A stretch of 63,378 nucleotides of DNA, counting the filler, from Reclinomonas americana ATCC 50394 (Eukaryota), in NCBI GenBank assembly GCA_048213135.1. It is 14 parts of 14 records of this genome, joined end to end, with 100 filler letters (N's around TTAATTAATTAA, not from the genome) between each part and the next. Parts side by side here need not be neighbours in the genome. Positions count along the whole stretch, not along the records: positions 23,133 to 27,731 come from AFZH01017019.1; positions 27,832 to 28,844 come from AFZH01017020.1; positions 28,945 to 31,680 come from AFZH01017021.1; positions 31,781 to 33,749 come from AFZH01017022.1; positions 33,850 to 35,300 come from AFZH01017023.1; positions 35,401 to 47,533 come from AFZH01017024.1; 8 more parts are not named here. The stretch is one strand, 5' to 3'. Both the position numbers and the translations under genes were made by a program. Positions 25,301 through 37,547 of the stretch are shown here, piece after piece (the first letter of the stretch is position 1; each line of letters starts with the position of its first letter). The notes below the pieces were generated by a model. It saw nothing but the letters and a program-made list of their open reading frames with translations. It did not search any database and had not been told where the DNA came from.

Positions 25301-28300
25301 GCGAGTGGAGGAGACAAAAAGTTGTGAGGGAGTTAGTGAATGAATGAGTGCTTGCAGTGAACAAGGGAGTGAGGAGTGTCTGTGTGGATGAAGGAGACAG
25401 GTGAACGGAAAGAGTGAGTGGGTGAATGAAAGCTGGAAGAGAGAGGTAGTGAATGAGGGAGTGACAGGTGTCTTTGTGGATGAAGGAGACAGGAAAAGAG
25501 TGTGAATGGAAAGAGCGAGTGAACGAATACTGGAGAGACAGAGAAACGGAGTGTCTGTGTGGGTGAGGGGGTCAAGAAAAGAGGTCGTGGACGGAAAGAG
25601 TGAGTGAGTGAATGCTAGAAGAGAGAGGCAGTGAAACAGAGTGTCTGTGTTTGTGAGAGGAAGAGATAAAGAGGGAAAGAGTGAGCGAGTGAATGAATGT
25701 GTGCTTCAGGAGAAATGGAGAGTGATGGCTGACAATCTTCTCCCTTCCCCCTCCCTCTCCCTCTCTCTCTCCCTCCCGCCACATCACAGCATATCTGGCC
25801 TACTACGTCCACCACTCGTACGCCTTCACCATGGACACGCAGTTGACTCTCACCGACAAGTCGTGGTTGCTGAGTTCTTCATCCGATCGGACTGCCAAGT
25901 CGGTGCGTTGCCTCGTCGCACTGCTCTCTGCTTTATATGATATCGAAGACTCACTCTTTCGAGCGCAGTCGCACAGCGTCTCCAGCGTGTACCCGTTCGC
26001 CACGGTGCCGACGTTTGCCACTGCACTACTCGGTGCGCACACGCTGCGCCAGTCGCCGCACGACGCTGCGCCCACCGTGCACGGCGACAGCTTTGCGTTG
26101 TCGATTGGTTCGACTGCGCGCTACAATGCCAATGTGCAAGGCACCGTCACCGGCACGTCTCTCGTTGAGAATGTCGCGGCGCGCGTCGCTATTGGGCCGG
26201 CGCGAGAGGATGCCACGAACATTAGCGGATTTGTGCTGTTGTCGGGTGGTGAGTGGATCCTTTCATACGAACACACGGTTCTTTCCCTTCCTGTTACTTG
26301 CCCCGTATTCATTCCGGCTGTTTGAATCCCACCGCGTCGTTCCTCCTTCATGTCCCTTCCATTCACCTCCTTCGCCCTTCTTCATGCTCGTTGTACCACA
26401 TGACCCTTGTCTTTTATCCCTCTTCTCATTCATCCCATTCTTGTTTCCTTTCTTCTCCCTTCTCCATCTCCCTTCTCCTCTACCTCCTCTCATCTACCTC
26501 CTTCCTTCTCCTTCTCCCTTCCTCCTTCTCCCTTATCCTTCTTTCTTCTCCTTCTCCCTTCTCATTATTTCTTCACCTTCTCCTCTACCTCCTCTCATCT
26601 CCATCTCGCTTCTCCTTCCCCGCCTCTCCACTGTCGCGCTTTTCCATCCCCCTCATCGTTCGCCCTTCTCCTTCTCCCTTCTCCTTATCCCTTCTCCGTT
26701 TGTCGCGTTTTCCTTCCTTCTCATTCTCCTTCTCCTTCATCCTTCATCTTTCTCTTCTTTCTTCTCCTTCCCCACTCCTCCATTTGTCGCGTCGTTCCTT
26801 TCCCTCGTCCTTCGCCCTTCTGCTTCTCCACTGTCCTTTCTTCCTCTTCTCCATTCTCCCTGCTCCTTCTCCCTTCTCCGTCTCCGTTCTGTAGTGACGC
26901 GCTTTTCCTTTCCGTCGTCCTTCACCTTTCTGCTTCTCTCCTTTGCCTTCTTCCATCTGCTCATTTATCCCCTTTTCCTTCTCCCTTCTCCCTTCTCCTT
27001 CTCCCTTCTCCCTTCTCCATCTCCCTTCTCCTTCTCCCTTCGGCTTCTTCATTGTCCTTCCTTCCTCTGCTACAAACAAAACACCTCATTCACCACATTC
27101 CAACAACGCGACAAACGCCCACGAATCCCTTGCCTACACATAAAAACACCCATTCTCTTCCCGTCACCTTCCCTCTTCTCCTTCTCTTTCTGTTCTTCCC
27201 TCTTCTCCTTTCCCTTCTCCGTTCTTCTCCCCTTTCCATTTCTCATCCCGCCAATTCATTCCGCGCCTTCCCTTCCGTGATCCTGTTCCCGTTCCTCCCT
27301 CTGTCCCATCTCCCTTTTACCATTTCCTCGTCCCTCATCTCCTTCTCCCCTTCTCCCATGAGCCCTTCCTTTATCCTCCTTTCCCTCACTCTCTCTCTTC
27401 TCCCTTCTCCCTTCCCAGCAACGACGCACAGCAGCAACTCGCTGACGGCCACCGTGGACCTCAAATCCATTGACGCACCGCACGGCCTGCTGGCCACCAC
27501 GGCCACCGTGCAACTCTTCCTGCGAGGCTGGAAGTCGCTGGCGGCGCAGTCGATTCAGCACCAGGTGCTCAACAACTCCATCCAGCTGATCACCGTTCGG
27601 GTCGGCGACGACACGTACGTCACCGGCTTTTCGTTCCAGGTGGCGGATCCGGGTGCCGGCAACGAGACGTACGTGACGTGGACGGCCATTGGTCGTGTGC
27701 GTCCGGGTGCGACGCCCAAGTGCCAGGCGGGNNNNNNNNNNNNNNNNNNNNNNNNNNNNNNNNNNNNNNNNNNNNTTAATTAATTAANNNNNNNNNNNNN
27801 NNNNNNNNNNNNNNNNNNNNNNNNNNNNNNNAGCAACGACGCACAGCAGCAACTCGCTGACGGCCACCGTGGACCTCAAATCCATTGACGCACCGCACGG
27901 CCTGCTGGCCACCACGGCCACCGTGCAACTCTTCCTGCGAGGCTGGAAGTCGCTGGCGGCGCAGTCGATTCAGCACCAGGTGCTCAACAACTCCATCCAG
28001 CTGATCACCGTTCGGGTCGGCGACGACACGTACGTCACCGGCTTTTCGTTCCAGGTGGCGGATCCGGGTGCCGGCAACGAGACGTACGTGACGTGGACGG
28101 CCATTGGTCGTGTGCGTCCGGGTGCGACGCCCAAGTGCCAGGCGGGCTTCTTCGGATCGGACTGCTCTCGGTGCTCGCTGAGTGTCGGCGACTCGGTGTG
28201 CGGCGAGGACCAGATGAGCGTGCTGACGTGCAGCAAGGACGGCGAGCGTGTGAAGACGGCGTGTGGCGCCGACAAGCCGGTGTGCGTCGGTCTGCCTGCG

Positions 28301-28844
28301 CTGAAGACGTCGTGCGAGGCGTCGTGCCTGGAGACGTTGACGACTCCCGCCACCACCGCATTCGGCATTGTGCAGATCTTGGTCAGCGGCGACGGGCAGA
28401 CCATGCTGTACGTCGACGAGGCGAATGTGTTTGTGTCGACTGACACGGGTGCCAGCTGGACCGCTCCCACCGTGGCCGGCGCCGGTGGCGTCATCTGGGG
28501 CTCGCCAGCTCTGAGTCGCGACGGCTCGACCATGTGCGTCTCGTCGGGCCACACCGACACCCTCGGCGTGTACGTGTCGCGAGACGGCGGAAGCACGTGG
28601 AGTGCGTCGCTGCCGGGTCAAGCGGCAGTGGGCACCGTCGGCATCAGCGACAACGGATCGGTGATTGCGGTGACGTTTGATACCGCGCAAGTGACGGTCT
28701 CCACCGACGGCGGAGCCACGTGGTCGTCGCCGACCGTGCCGAATTTCAAATTCAGTCGGGGTGCCTTTGTCACTGGCGACGGCTCGAAGGTCATCTCCCT
28801 GACCAACTTTGGCAGCCCTCAGGTCTCGACCGACCAGGGCGCCA
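22328..28844 (+). CDS. Large secreted modular protein: signal peptide, beta-rich domains, H-type-lectin-like segments, EGF-like motif, BNR/Asp-box repeats (3'-partial)
   Basis: Signal MSARRVTVVFLTIISLLLCIHHVNA. VVQFTFDHDFYRRPRVLLGL and GFSFQV...YVTWTAIG resemble H-type lectin strands. CQAGFFGSDCSRC is EGF-like. Asp boxes STDTGASW, SRDGGSTW, STDGGATW and STDQGA. Runs into the gap at 28845. Confidence 0.7.
24450..25730 (+). repeat. Degenerate purine-rich intronic satellite (GAGACAGGTGAACGGAAAGAGTGAGTGAGTGAATGAGTGCTTGAGGAGAGAGGCAGTGA-like units)
   Basis: The motifs GAGACAGGTGAACGG and GAGAGAGGCAGTGA recur several times. Confidence 0.7.
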
Positions 28845-29419
28845 NNNNNNNNNNNNNNNNNNNNNNNNNNNNNNNNNNNNNNNNNNNNTTAATTAATTAA
28901 NNNNNNNNNNNNNNNNNNNNNNNNNNNNNNNNNNNNNNNNNNNNAAACGAGGCATACCGCTACCAACAACTGACCGTCCGAGGCGACAACAACAGAGCAC
29001 ACAGTGGTGGACGTCGGGGCAAAACCCTTCCAACCTCACCTTCCAGCCATCGACGAGCGATGCGCTCCACAACAGGACCGAGGAGGATATAAAACAACTG
29101 GTAAAAAGTACTTTCGGAAGAGACCACTCGCGCCCAAGGCTGCTGACTCGTGCGCCTCAAGCACAGATACAGACCGAATGTGTGAAAACAAGCCATGCGC
29201 TAAAGTCACCAGTATGAAAACAGACTCCAACCAAAGTACACGACGATCCAAAACAAGTGGCGAGGCTGAGAAGAACCACCACCACCAATTGCTGACTCCC
29301 AGCGCCGACCACCAGCAGTGTCCAAGTGCGAGGGTGGGGAGAATCGGGGTTGGAGGAAGCCACCGGGAACAATCAGTAGATTCCAGGAGATAGAGCATAC
29401 TTCAGCTGTCTAACGACGT

Positions 29420-31523
29420 CTACAATCCTTCTGCAATACGCGTCACTCTCCACGATCTCATCGACAAGCCCACCAACATTGCCACGAAAGGCACAACTTC
29501 GTAATCGGGATACAGCCGTCGAAGGTTAGCTGCGTATCGCAGCACCTGCTGATCGGCGCTAGCTACTGTGGCCGCGAGAGTCGATTCGACCATGCCCCTC
29601 GCTTTCTTGTCAAAGTACCTGTACGACATTGAGGGCATATTTTTCCTCTCCTCTTCGGTCGCGAACTGCTCCTTCGTCTGCACACATGCGAGTAAGCGAG
29701 CATCCAACTTACACCACAAGCAACAGGGAACGCGTACCGGAAGCAAGGCCTCGAGAGCGGACTGAACCTCATCAATACTGCGTGCCTTGGCCTCCATGCC
29801 TCTTGTCTGGCTCATCGGAGTACCACGGATATTGAGGCGGATCCCGTTCAGTGGAATGCACTTGAACTCGAACACCAGAATGCGCTTCGGACACTTTGTG
29901 AAAAGCACCATGTCGCAGAATGCGGACAGCCGCTGGCTCTACTCTCAAAGAGTGAATGTAAGTAGAAATCTTGTTGTGGGAAGCATTGTCACGAACCCCT
30001 ACGGCATTCAGCTCACGGCTAATTTTGACCGGCACTTTGGCGCCTTTGAACAGCGCGTCGAAGGCGTCCCTGACGTTGGCCTCGCGCAAGTCCTCCGGGT
30101 TCCGCCACGCACACTTGCGCAAAATACCTTCACACGCATCGCTCAAGGGAACAATGTCGAGATCACTGCGGTGCGTTGAGCAACTAGGAGAGAGAAACAC
30201 GACGTGGAGCGCAAATGAAACAAACCTGAGAAGCGAATCGCAAGCAGTTGGGTTGACACGCTGCAGAAGGCCTTGGAGAATGCGGTCGCGCGTGCTCTCA
30301 TTCGGCACCATCAGCGCTATGCGAGGGAGTCAGCGCCAAGGACGTGAATAAAAGAAGACGAAAAACGACAAACGCAACAATTTCCATCCGGCGCGATGGT
30401 AAAGCCACCGAGGTACTGGCAGAACTGTGCAAACGCGTCTGCGTTGGCACTGACAATGTCGTCTCCGCGAAAAGCTCGCTTGCCACGCGGCAAAGATATC
30501 TTGGAGCCACGTAGCATGCCAAGCAACGACGGAAGGTGAGGTGACTCGACCATTATCTGCAGTGCCGTGCTACTCAGCTCGACATTGGCATCGCTCGTCA
30601 CGATCTCTGTCTCCCCATCTTGCACACTCTGCAACAGAGACCCTCTCCCGCTCGTAAGAACGCTTCGTTGTCGCGAGCAGATCAACACATAGGGGACGCA
30701 CCCGCAGGTACGACATGACTTGGTCGGTGCAATACATGGGAACGGCATCCGCGGACGGGAAGAACCGAAAGCCATTGTAATGCTGACGAATGACGGAACG
30801 GTGGAATGTCTTCTCGTCGACAGACAGCAAGCGAGAGCCGTTGAACTGCACGCGATCCAACAGCAGATCGACCTCGGCACCCGTCAAACCGCACACAGAC
30901 TGAGTGGAGGCCTTGAATGTCCAATCCTGACCGATATTGAAGCCACTCGTCACGTCGTTGACGGCCAGCGGCAGTACACTGTGTGCGGAGGAGTAAGTGG
31001 GTGAGAAGGAGAGTCGTAACAAGTGCTAACCCCGTGATGAGCATGAAGCCGATGGCGCCAGACTGCACGTCACTCTTGATGGAGGCAAACAAGCCCTTCA
31101 CGCCACAGTCGTTCAGCAGATCCTGGTACTTGTGCGCGTCGGCGATATCGAGAGCCGGTACGAATAGGCGGTCGGACTCGTCGACGAGGATGACGAGCTG
31201 TGTGTGTATGTGAATGTAAACGCGCGATTTTTTTCAAAAAAAGACCTCCACCGCACCTTGTGAGCAGCTGCCTGTACGGCATTGACAAGTCGAGTGTATG
31301 ACTTGACACAGCTCGTTGCATCGACAAGATGGAGATGCTGAAACTCGGGATACCTGGCGACGAACGGTTCCACGCAGGCATTGGCAAAGAACTCGGCAAA
31401 CGTGGTGGAAGGATCGGTCGACGGCAGAAAGTCAAGCTTTGACATGTCGATGCGCAGCACATAGTGCTGGCAAGGCAACTGGTTGCGGTGCACCTCGTGG
31501 ATGCGCTCCGCAATGTGGAGGCC
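29420..31523 (-). CDS. AAA-ATPase-like (P-loop) + C-terminal PD-(D/E)XK nuclease (PDDEXK_9/DUF1703-type), 5'-partial, at least 7 exons
   Basis: The spliced product has GLHI, HYVLRIDMS, LVILVDESD (Walker B), FMLITGVLPLAVNDVTSGFNI, HYNGFRF, MYCTDQVMSYL, LMVPNES, then ISRELN...AFCDMVLF...ILVFEFK...QQVLRYA (E..D..ExK..QxxxY). All junctions are GT-AG with consistent phase. Walker A was not seen, presumably in or upstream of the gap. Confidence 0.85.
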
Positions 31524-31851
31524 CTGTGAATTAGGTAGAGTGAGAACCGAAGAGAAGGAGAGAGAGAGACGAGAGAAGGAGAGAGTTAAGGAGAGGGGGG
31601 AGGGGGAGAGGGCGAGGGGGTTAACACGCGAGGCACACCGAGAGCGCCGGCACAAGAAAGCAGAGTATCGACTCAGTCATNNNNNNNNNNNNNNNNNNNN
31701 NNNNNNNNNNNNNNNNNNNNNNNNTTAATTAATTAANNNNNNNNNNNNNNNNNNNNNNNNNNNNNNNNNNNNNNNNNNNNTGAGGGAGATAGAGTGAGAC
31801 AGGGAGTGACAGAGAGAGAGATAGATAGAGAGAGAGAGAGAATGAGTGTGA

Positions 31852-31886
<35 letters not shown>

Positions 31887-31919
31887 AGGGAGAGAGAGAG
31901 AGGGCTGAAGGTGGAAGCA

Positions 31920-32140
31920 ACTCTTCTCGGAGGTCTGCATGGCGAAGTTGATTTTGAGAATGCGCTTCTCCTGCAGTTGTCGATCTTTCCCGCGCAGCTG
32001 CTCCTTCTCCTTGCTGAGTTGTTGCTTGTCCTCGCGCAGGTGCTGGAATTCGGTGGCCCCGACGATGACGTCGCCAGCTCGATTACTACTCCACACGCTG
32101 AATGTCTTCCTTGGAACCGAAGAGCGTCGGCGGGGTGGCT
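31920..32140 (-). CDS. Short coiled-coil exon fragment, probably N-terminal part of the AAA/nuclease gene
   Basis: EFQHLREDKQQLSKEKEQLRGKDRQLQEKRIL heptad pattern, on the same strand immediately across the gap. Confidence 0.4.
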
Positions 32141-32420
32141 TTGCATGTGAGGTGAGATGGCATGTGAGAGGAGAAACGACGAAGTGCGACTCGGCGACAA
32201 CAGAAAAAAGGTCGGAGCGGAAACACACGGGGCATTGCCTGTGAAGACAGACAAGGGCGTTGGGGACGGAAGATGGCAATGCAACACGCACCAGCGTAGA
32301 AGCGAGACGGCATGCACTGCGGCAGCATCATTGCACGTGGGTTAGGTTCTTCCTTCTTTTGTCGGACGAGCATGTTCTTGCGCGCTCCTCCCCGCCTCTC
32401 TCCTCTCCCGCGTCGTCTCT

Positions 32421-34255
32421 ATGATCATGAGACAGAGTGCCCACCCGCCATGGACTCATCACGCGTCTTTCATTCACGACAACCAGCACGTGCGTGTCGC
32501 CGTGCGTGATGTGCACAAGGTTTGGTGTGCTTTTCAGAGGTGAAGTGCGAATATCGGCGGTGATTGACCCCTTTTCCCCCTCGTGTGGCAGGCCGACGAG
32601 CTGCGTCGCTTGGGTGCCGAGATTGTGCAGTCGGGACTGGAGGACCGAGAGAGTGTGCACCGTGCCATGAATGGCATTCAGCGCCTGTTCCTCTTTGTGC
32701 CGTTTGCCGACGAGCGCACTATGGCTGAGGTCTTGCGATGGCTGAGGTCTTGTGTTGTGCTTGGCTTTGCTTACTTGGCTGCGCACTCTGAACTGTGCTT
32801 CTGGTTCGTGGTACAGACTGCCCAGAACGCTATCACCGCGGCCAAGGCGGCCGGCGTAGAGCACGTGGTCAAGCTGTCGGGCGCGGGTGCTGCGCCTGAC
32901 TCGCCTGTCGCCATTGGCCGCAAGGTTAAACTCATGAAGCAGTCAGATTAGCGGGCTTGATCTTAACTCACTTTGTTGCTTTGTGGTGCAGCACGGTGCT
33001 GGCGACCAACTGCTGCGACGCGAGATCCAGTAGTGGACCGTTGTGCGACCGACCATGTTCCAGGTGTGTGTGGCTGATGAGATGGGGTGTGCCACCAGCG
33101 TCTGATCGTGTCGAGCAGGAGAACTTTGCGCAAAACGACGCCGTGACCATCAAGACGGCCGATGCCATCTTTAACAGTTCTGGCGACGGTGCGTGCGGAT
33201 ACGTGGCGGTGGATGATATCGGCGATGTGGCCGCGGAGGCTCTGCTGAACCCGGCCAAGCATCGCGGAAAGGTGTGGAGAGGGATGGATGGAAAGAGGAG
33301 AATGTTATGGGTTGCTCACATTGGAGATCTGTTTTTACAGGCGTAGGATTTGACTGGCCCGGAGGTTTGTAATGATGCCCGACTTTATGTCCTTTCTTTC
33401 TCTCCGCTCGTTGCGCTTCGCTTCTCTCTCTCCTTCTCCGTTCGTTGCGCTTCGCTTCTCACACTCTCCGCTCGTTGCGCTTCGCTTCTCTCCTTCTCCG
33501 CTCGTTGCGCTTCGCTTCTCTCCTTCTCCGCTCGTTGCGCTTCGCTTCTCTCCCTCCGCTCGCTGCGCGTCGCTTCTCTCCTTCTCCGCTCGCTGTGCGT
33601 CGCTTCTCTCCTTCTCCACTCGCTGTGCGTCGCTTCTCTCCTTCTCCGCTCGCTGTGCGTCGCTTCTCTCCTTCTCCGCTCGCTGTGCGTCGCTTCTCTC
33701 TCTCTCTCCGTTCGTTGCGCTTCGCTTCTCTCTCTCTCTTCGCTCGTTGNNNNNNNNNNNNNNNNNNNNNNNNNNNNNNNNNNNNNNNNNNNNTTAATTA
33801 ATTAANNNNNNNNNNNNNNNNNNNNNNNNNNNNNNNNNNNNNNNNNNNNTCCCTGCAGGCACTGACTGTTGCCGACGTCGCCGCGGTGATTTCGAACGTC
33901 CTCGGCCGCCGCATCACGTTCACGAATGTGACACCCAATGAGCGCCGCCGCTCGCTCCTGTCCCACCACGTGCCCGACTGGGCGGTGACGGTTTGTGTTG
34001 GCGCGTCTCTCATCGCACCTGCATAATCTCACTGCCTGTAAACAGGATATCTGCGAACTGGAGGGCCTGCAACGCCAGGGCTACATGAAGAACGTCACCA
34101 ACACTGTCCAAGTTGCGCCTTGTGTCGGAAGTGGATTGCTTGCGTTTTCGCTGTTGTTCCTCACTCCCCCTGTCTTGCAACAGGAGGTGCTGGGCCGCCC
34201 GGCTACGAGCTTCCGTGCCAATGCCGCTCACCTGGCGTCGGCGTGGCGCAACTAA
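32421..34255 (+). pseudogene. NmrA-like / atypical SDR NAD(P)-binding protein, probable pseudogene
   Basis: HVRVAVRDVHK|ADELRRLGAEIV...AMNGIQRLFL...AAKAAGVEHVVKLS...WTVVRPTMFQ|ENF...YVAVDDIGDVAAEAL...LTGPE|ALTVADVAAVISNVLGRRITF...VLGRPATSF. In-frame TAG at 33031-33033 and 33344-33346. No GxxGxxG N-terminus found. Confidence 0.75.
33400..33749 (+). repeat. 30-bp intronic minisatellite (CCGCTCGTTGCGCTTCGCTTCTCTCCTTCT)n
   Basis: About 11 tandem copies running into the gap. Confidence 0.9.
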
Positions 34256-34756
34256 GTGTGCACGGGAGAAGGAGGTCGCGTGTGTTGTTGTTTTGTGTGT
34301 TGATGCCATTGTTTCTCTTTCGTGTCACGATTTCGTGGACTGTCTTTTTTGGTTGCTTGCCGCTGCTGCGGTTTTGGCATGATTATCGGTATATATCCTT
34401 GCTGGGCCTGCCGTCATGTGCTTGGGGATGGGAGGGCAAGGGTGGGATGGTGCTGGGTTCCAGTGCATGCAAAGTCGGTGAGCGCAAGAGCTCTCGTCCC
34501 ATTTTGAGCTGCTTGTTCGCCTTGAATAGAGTAGGATGCATGCGGGAAGCAAATGGTTCGTCTGTTAGCGAAAGTCGCAGGACACATTCAAAACACCGAA
34601 CACGCTCACTCGGGTGCGAAGATTGGAGCACTGTATGAATGTCTACCATCCCGCTGTCTTATTCTCATGCGCACATCCATCTTGCAGGTTTAAACGACAG
34701 TGTACTACATCCGTACGGGTGATATTCTCTATCCACGCATTGACATCTGCAGAGCA

Positions 34757-35457
34757 ATGCAACACCCTCGTCACCTCCTGTTGGCGTGCGTATGGGGGGC
34801 GATGGTGGTGGGAGTGTTGCTCTCTCACATGACGCTGTTGTCTGCTGCGAGCGCGGGAGCGGAACATGCGGGTGCGCGTGAGTGGCATGAAATGTCCGCC
34901 TCTGCAACTTTGCCTGTGAGGGAGCGCACTCGACTCTCTGCTCTTGCACTTCCGTCGTCTCTCTGCATTGGTTCGTCTGCAGAGCTCGAGCGCATCAGAG
35001 TATCGCTGTGGGAATTGGCTCATGAACTTTCTTGTCCGCAGTCAACGTGTCTGCCGACGGCTCGTCGTCCACGCCTTGCGGCGACTCTGCCAAGCCCTGC
35101 GCTATCAGCCAGATTATACCGTCGTGCGTGCAGCGCGGATATCCGGCTGCATCCCCTGAGTGGGCGTTGCAGGTGCTGTTTTCCGACGACACATTTGTTC
35201 TGACTCAACCATTGTCACTTGGCGGTGAGTGAGTGAGAGCGTATCGGGGAAGCTGTGAGACCGAGGGACGTCTCCAGTCTCTCTCTCTCTCTCTCTCTCT
35301 NNNNNNNNNNNNNNNNNNNNNNNNNNNNNNNNNNNNNNNNNNNNTTAATTAATTAANNNNNNNNNNNNNNNNNNNNNNNNNNNNNNNNNNNNNNNNNNNN
35401 TCCTTGTCTCTTTGTCCTTCTCCTTTCTCTCTGTCGCTCACGCTCTCACATACACAT

Positions 35458-35499
<42 letters not shown>

Positions 35500-37442
35500 C
35501 CTCCCTCCCTCTCCTTCTACATGCTTGTCTGTGTGCTGTGAGAGTGACGCTTGCCGAGTGCTTTCCTCATCTCGCTCACGCTGACTCCTACTGCAGGTCG
35601 CAACGTCACTCTCCAGGCTTCACCATCATCCTCACCCATTCTGCAAGCGACGGGCGCGTCTATCGTGGTTCAAGATGTCTCGCGGTTCGAGATGACTGGC
35701 CTCACCGTGACGGGTGGCCAGCCGGCGGTCTCATGGAGCGCACTTGCCACCACACCGTCTCCGCAAGTCGTGATCTCCAACTGTCTGTTCACTGGGTCGA
35801 CGGCGGGTGCTCTCCAACTGGATGCCACTTCCCTTCCAGCCTCCACCACCGCCACGCTTTCCATCGCCAACTCGCAGTTTGTGGATCACCGCGCTGCCGC
35901 GCGCGGTACACAGTCCTCTGCCGTGCTAGCGTCTGGTCGCTTTTCGGTCGTTCAAGTCGTCGGCTCCACTTGGCACAGCTGTACCAAGGTCGGTGACGAT
36001 GCCTCTGGAGCTGCCATGGCGCTTGTCAACCTCGCTGCTGGTGCCACTGTATCGTTACATGATAGTGTGTTCTCTGGCAATTCGGTGGTTGGATCGGGCA
36101 ACACGGCGACTTCGTTGGGGAATGCGGGTGGTGGCGCTGTGTACATGACTGGCGCTGACAGTATGACACTGCAGTTGACAAACTGCTTGTTTACAAACAA
36201 CACTGCCGCGTTCCTGGCAGGCAGCAATACTGGCGGAGGCGCTGTGTATGTCACGAGTAGTGCAACAGTGTCGCTGACGGATGTCGGTGGACACTGGACG
36301 AACAACACCGTGTGGCAATGTGGCAACGGCGATGTGCTGTCGCCGAATGGAGCCACAAATGTGGGTGGCGGCGGCTTGTTTGTCAACAATGCCCTGTCGG
36401 CGACGTTTACGAACTCTACTTTCACTAGCAACGTGATATCGCAGAGTGCAAGTGGTGTGCAGTGCCCCTCTCGTGCTTCGTGTACTGTGCAAAACGCAAG
36501 CGGCGGCCAACAGGCTGGTGGTGGAGCGCTGTGGATGAGCATGACGCAGACGCAACCAAACAGTGTGGCGATGCAGGTGTGAAGTATTTATCTTGAAGTC
36601 GGTTTGCGTGTATCTCATATCGTTGCTTGTGTCGCCCAGTCAATAATAGCAGAAGGCAACCATGCTACCAGCAATTGCGTAGGCGGTAGCAATCTGCTGG
36701 GCAACGGAAATTCGGGATTTTTGTGCGGCGGAGGCATGTTGTGGGTCCTCGGCGTTGTTGAGCTGTCGGTGGTATGAGTCGAGGATCCTCTGACTTTTCT
36801 CGTGCTGGTGCTGACATTGTTGAGCCTTCAGGGGACTGGGAGTTCGTTCACTAGAAACTCGGCGACGGGAAATTCCTGTGGTGGATCAGGAAACGGTGGG
36901 AGCGGTGATTCAACTGGCACCTCTCAATTTCAAGGGGTAGGCGTCCCTCAGGTGAATCTTTCTGGAGGAGGCGCCATGTGGGTCGCACATGCGAAGAATT
37001 CAGGCGCTGTGCAAACGGTTTGTAGTGCGCCTTGCGCTGTGTCTACTTTGCACTTTCGACTGAAGCCACTAGCCTCTACAAGATCTCCAGCAGCGATTTT
37101 CTAGAAAATGTTGCAAATAGCAACGGCAGTGGTGCGTCTGAGGCCAGCAAATTCGGATCAGCAAACGCCAAAGCTGGACATACCGGGGGTGGGGCGGTAC
37201 TATCATTCTTCTTCGCTGGGCAGCAGGTATATTCAACAAAATCACTCAGACGTTTAGCGAAGATTTGATGGAGATGAGTGAGATGTGCAGTCATGTTTGT
37301 AGTCTAGAGAAGTCTAGACAGGTTCTGCACGAAGGTGATTGCCACCATGTACACGAAAAGGACGTGTGCAAACACGCCACATTCACTCACTCTTTTCTCT
37401 CATCCCGTCACTCTCATTAATATTCTCCCTCTCCCGCTGGCT

Positions 37443-37495
<53 letters not shown>

Positions 37496-37496
37496 G

Positions 37497-37547
<51 letters not shown>

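Noticed and set aside
26253..27416. Long Ser/Pro/Leu/Phe-rich ORFs (also at 4581-5417, 8442-9359, 24251-25364, 46623-48300)
   Set aside because: Stop-poor polypyrimidine/polypurine intron tracts, not protein-like.
27417..28146. Apparent exact exon duplication (27417-27731 = 27832-28146)
   Set aside because: The copies look identical and sit immediately either side of a gap, so this is most likely an unmerged contig overlap rather than a real duplication.
33031..33346. Alternative genetic code (TAG reassigned)
   Set aside because: In-frame TAG was seen only in this gene. The long ORFs lack it and TAG appears to end the nuclease gene at 29420, so pseudogenisation is more parsimonious.
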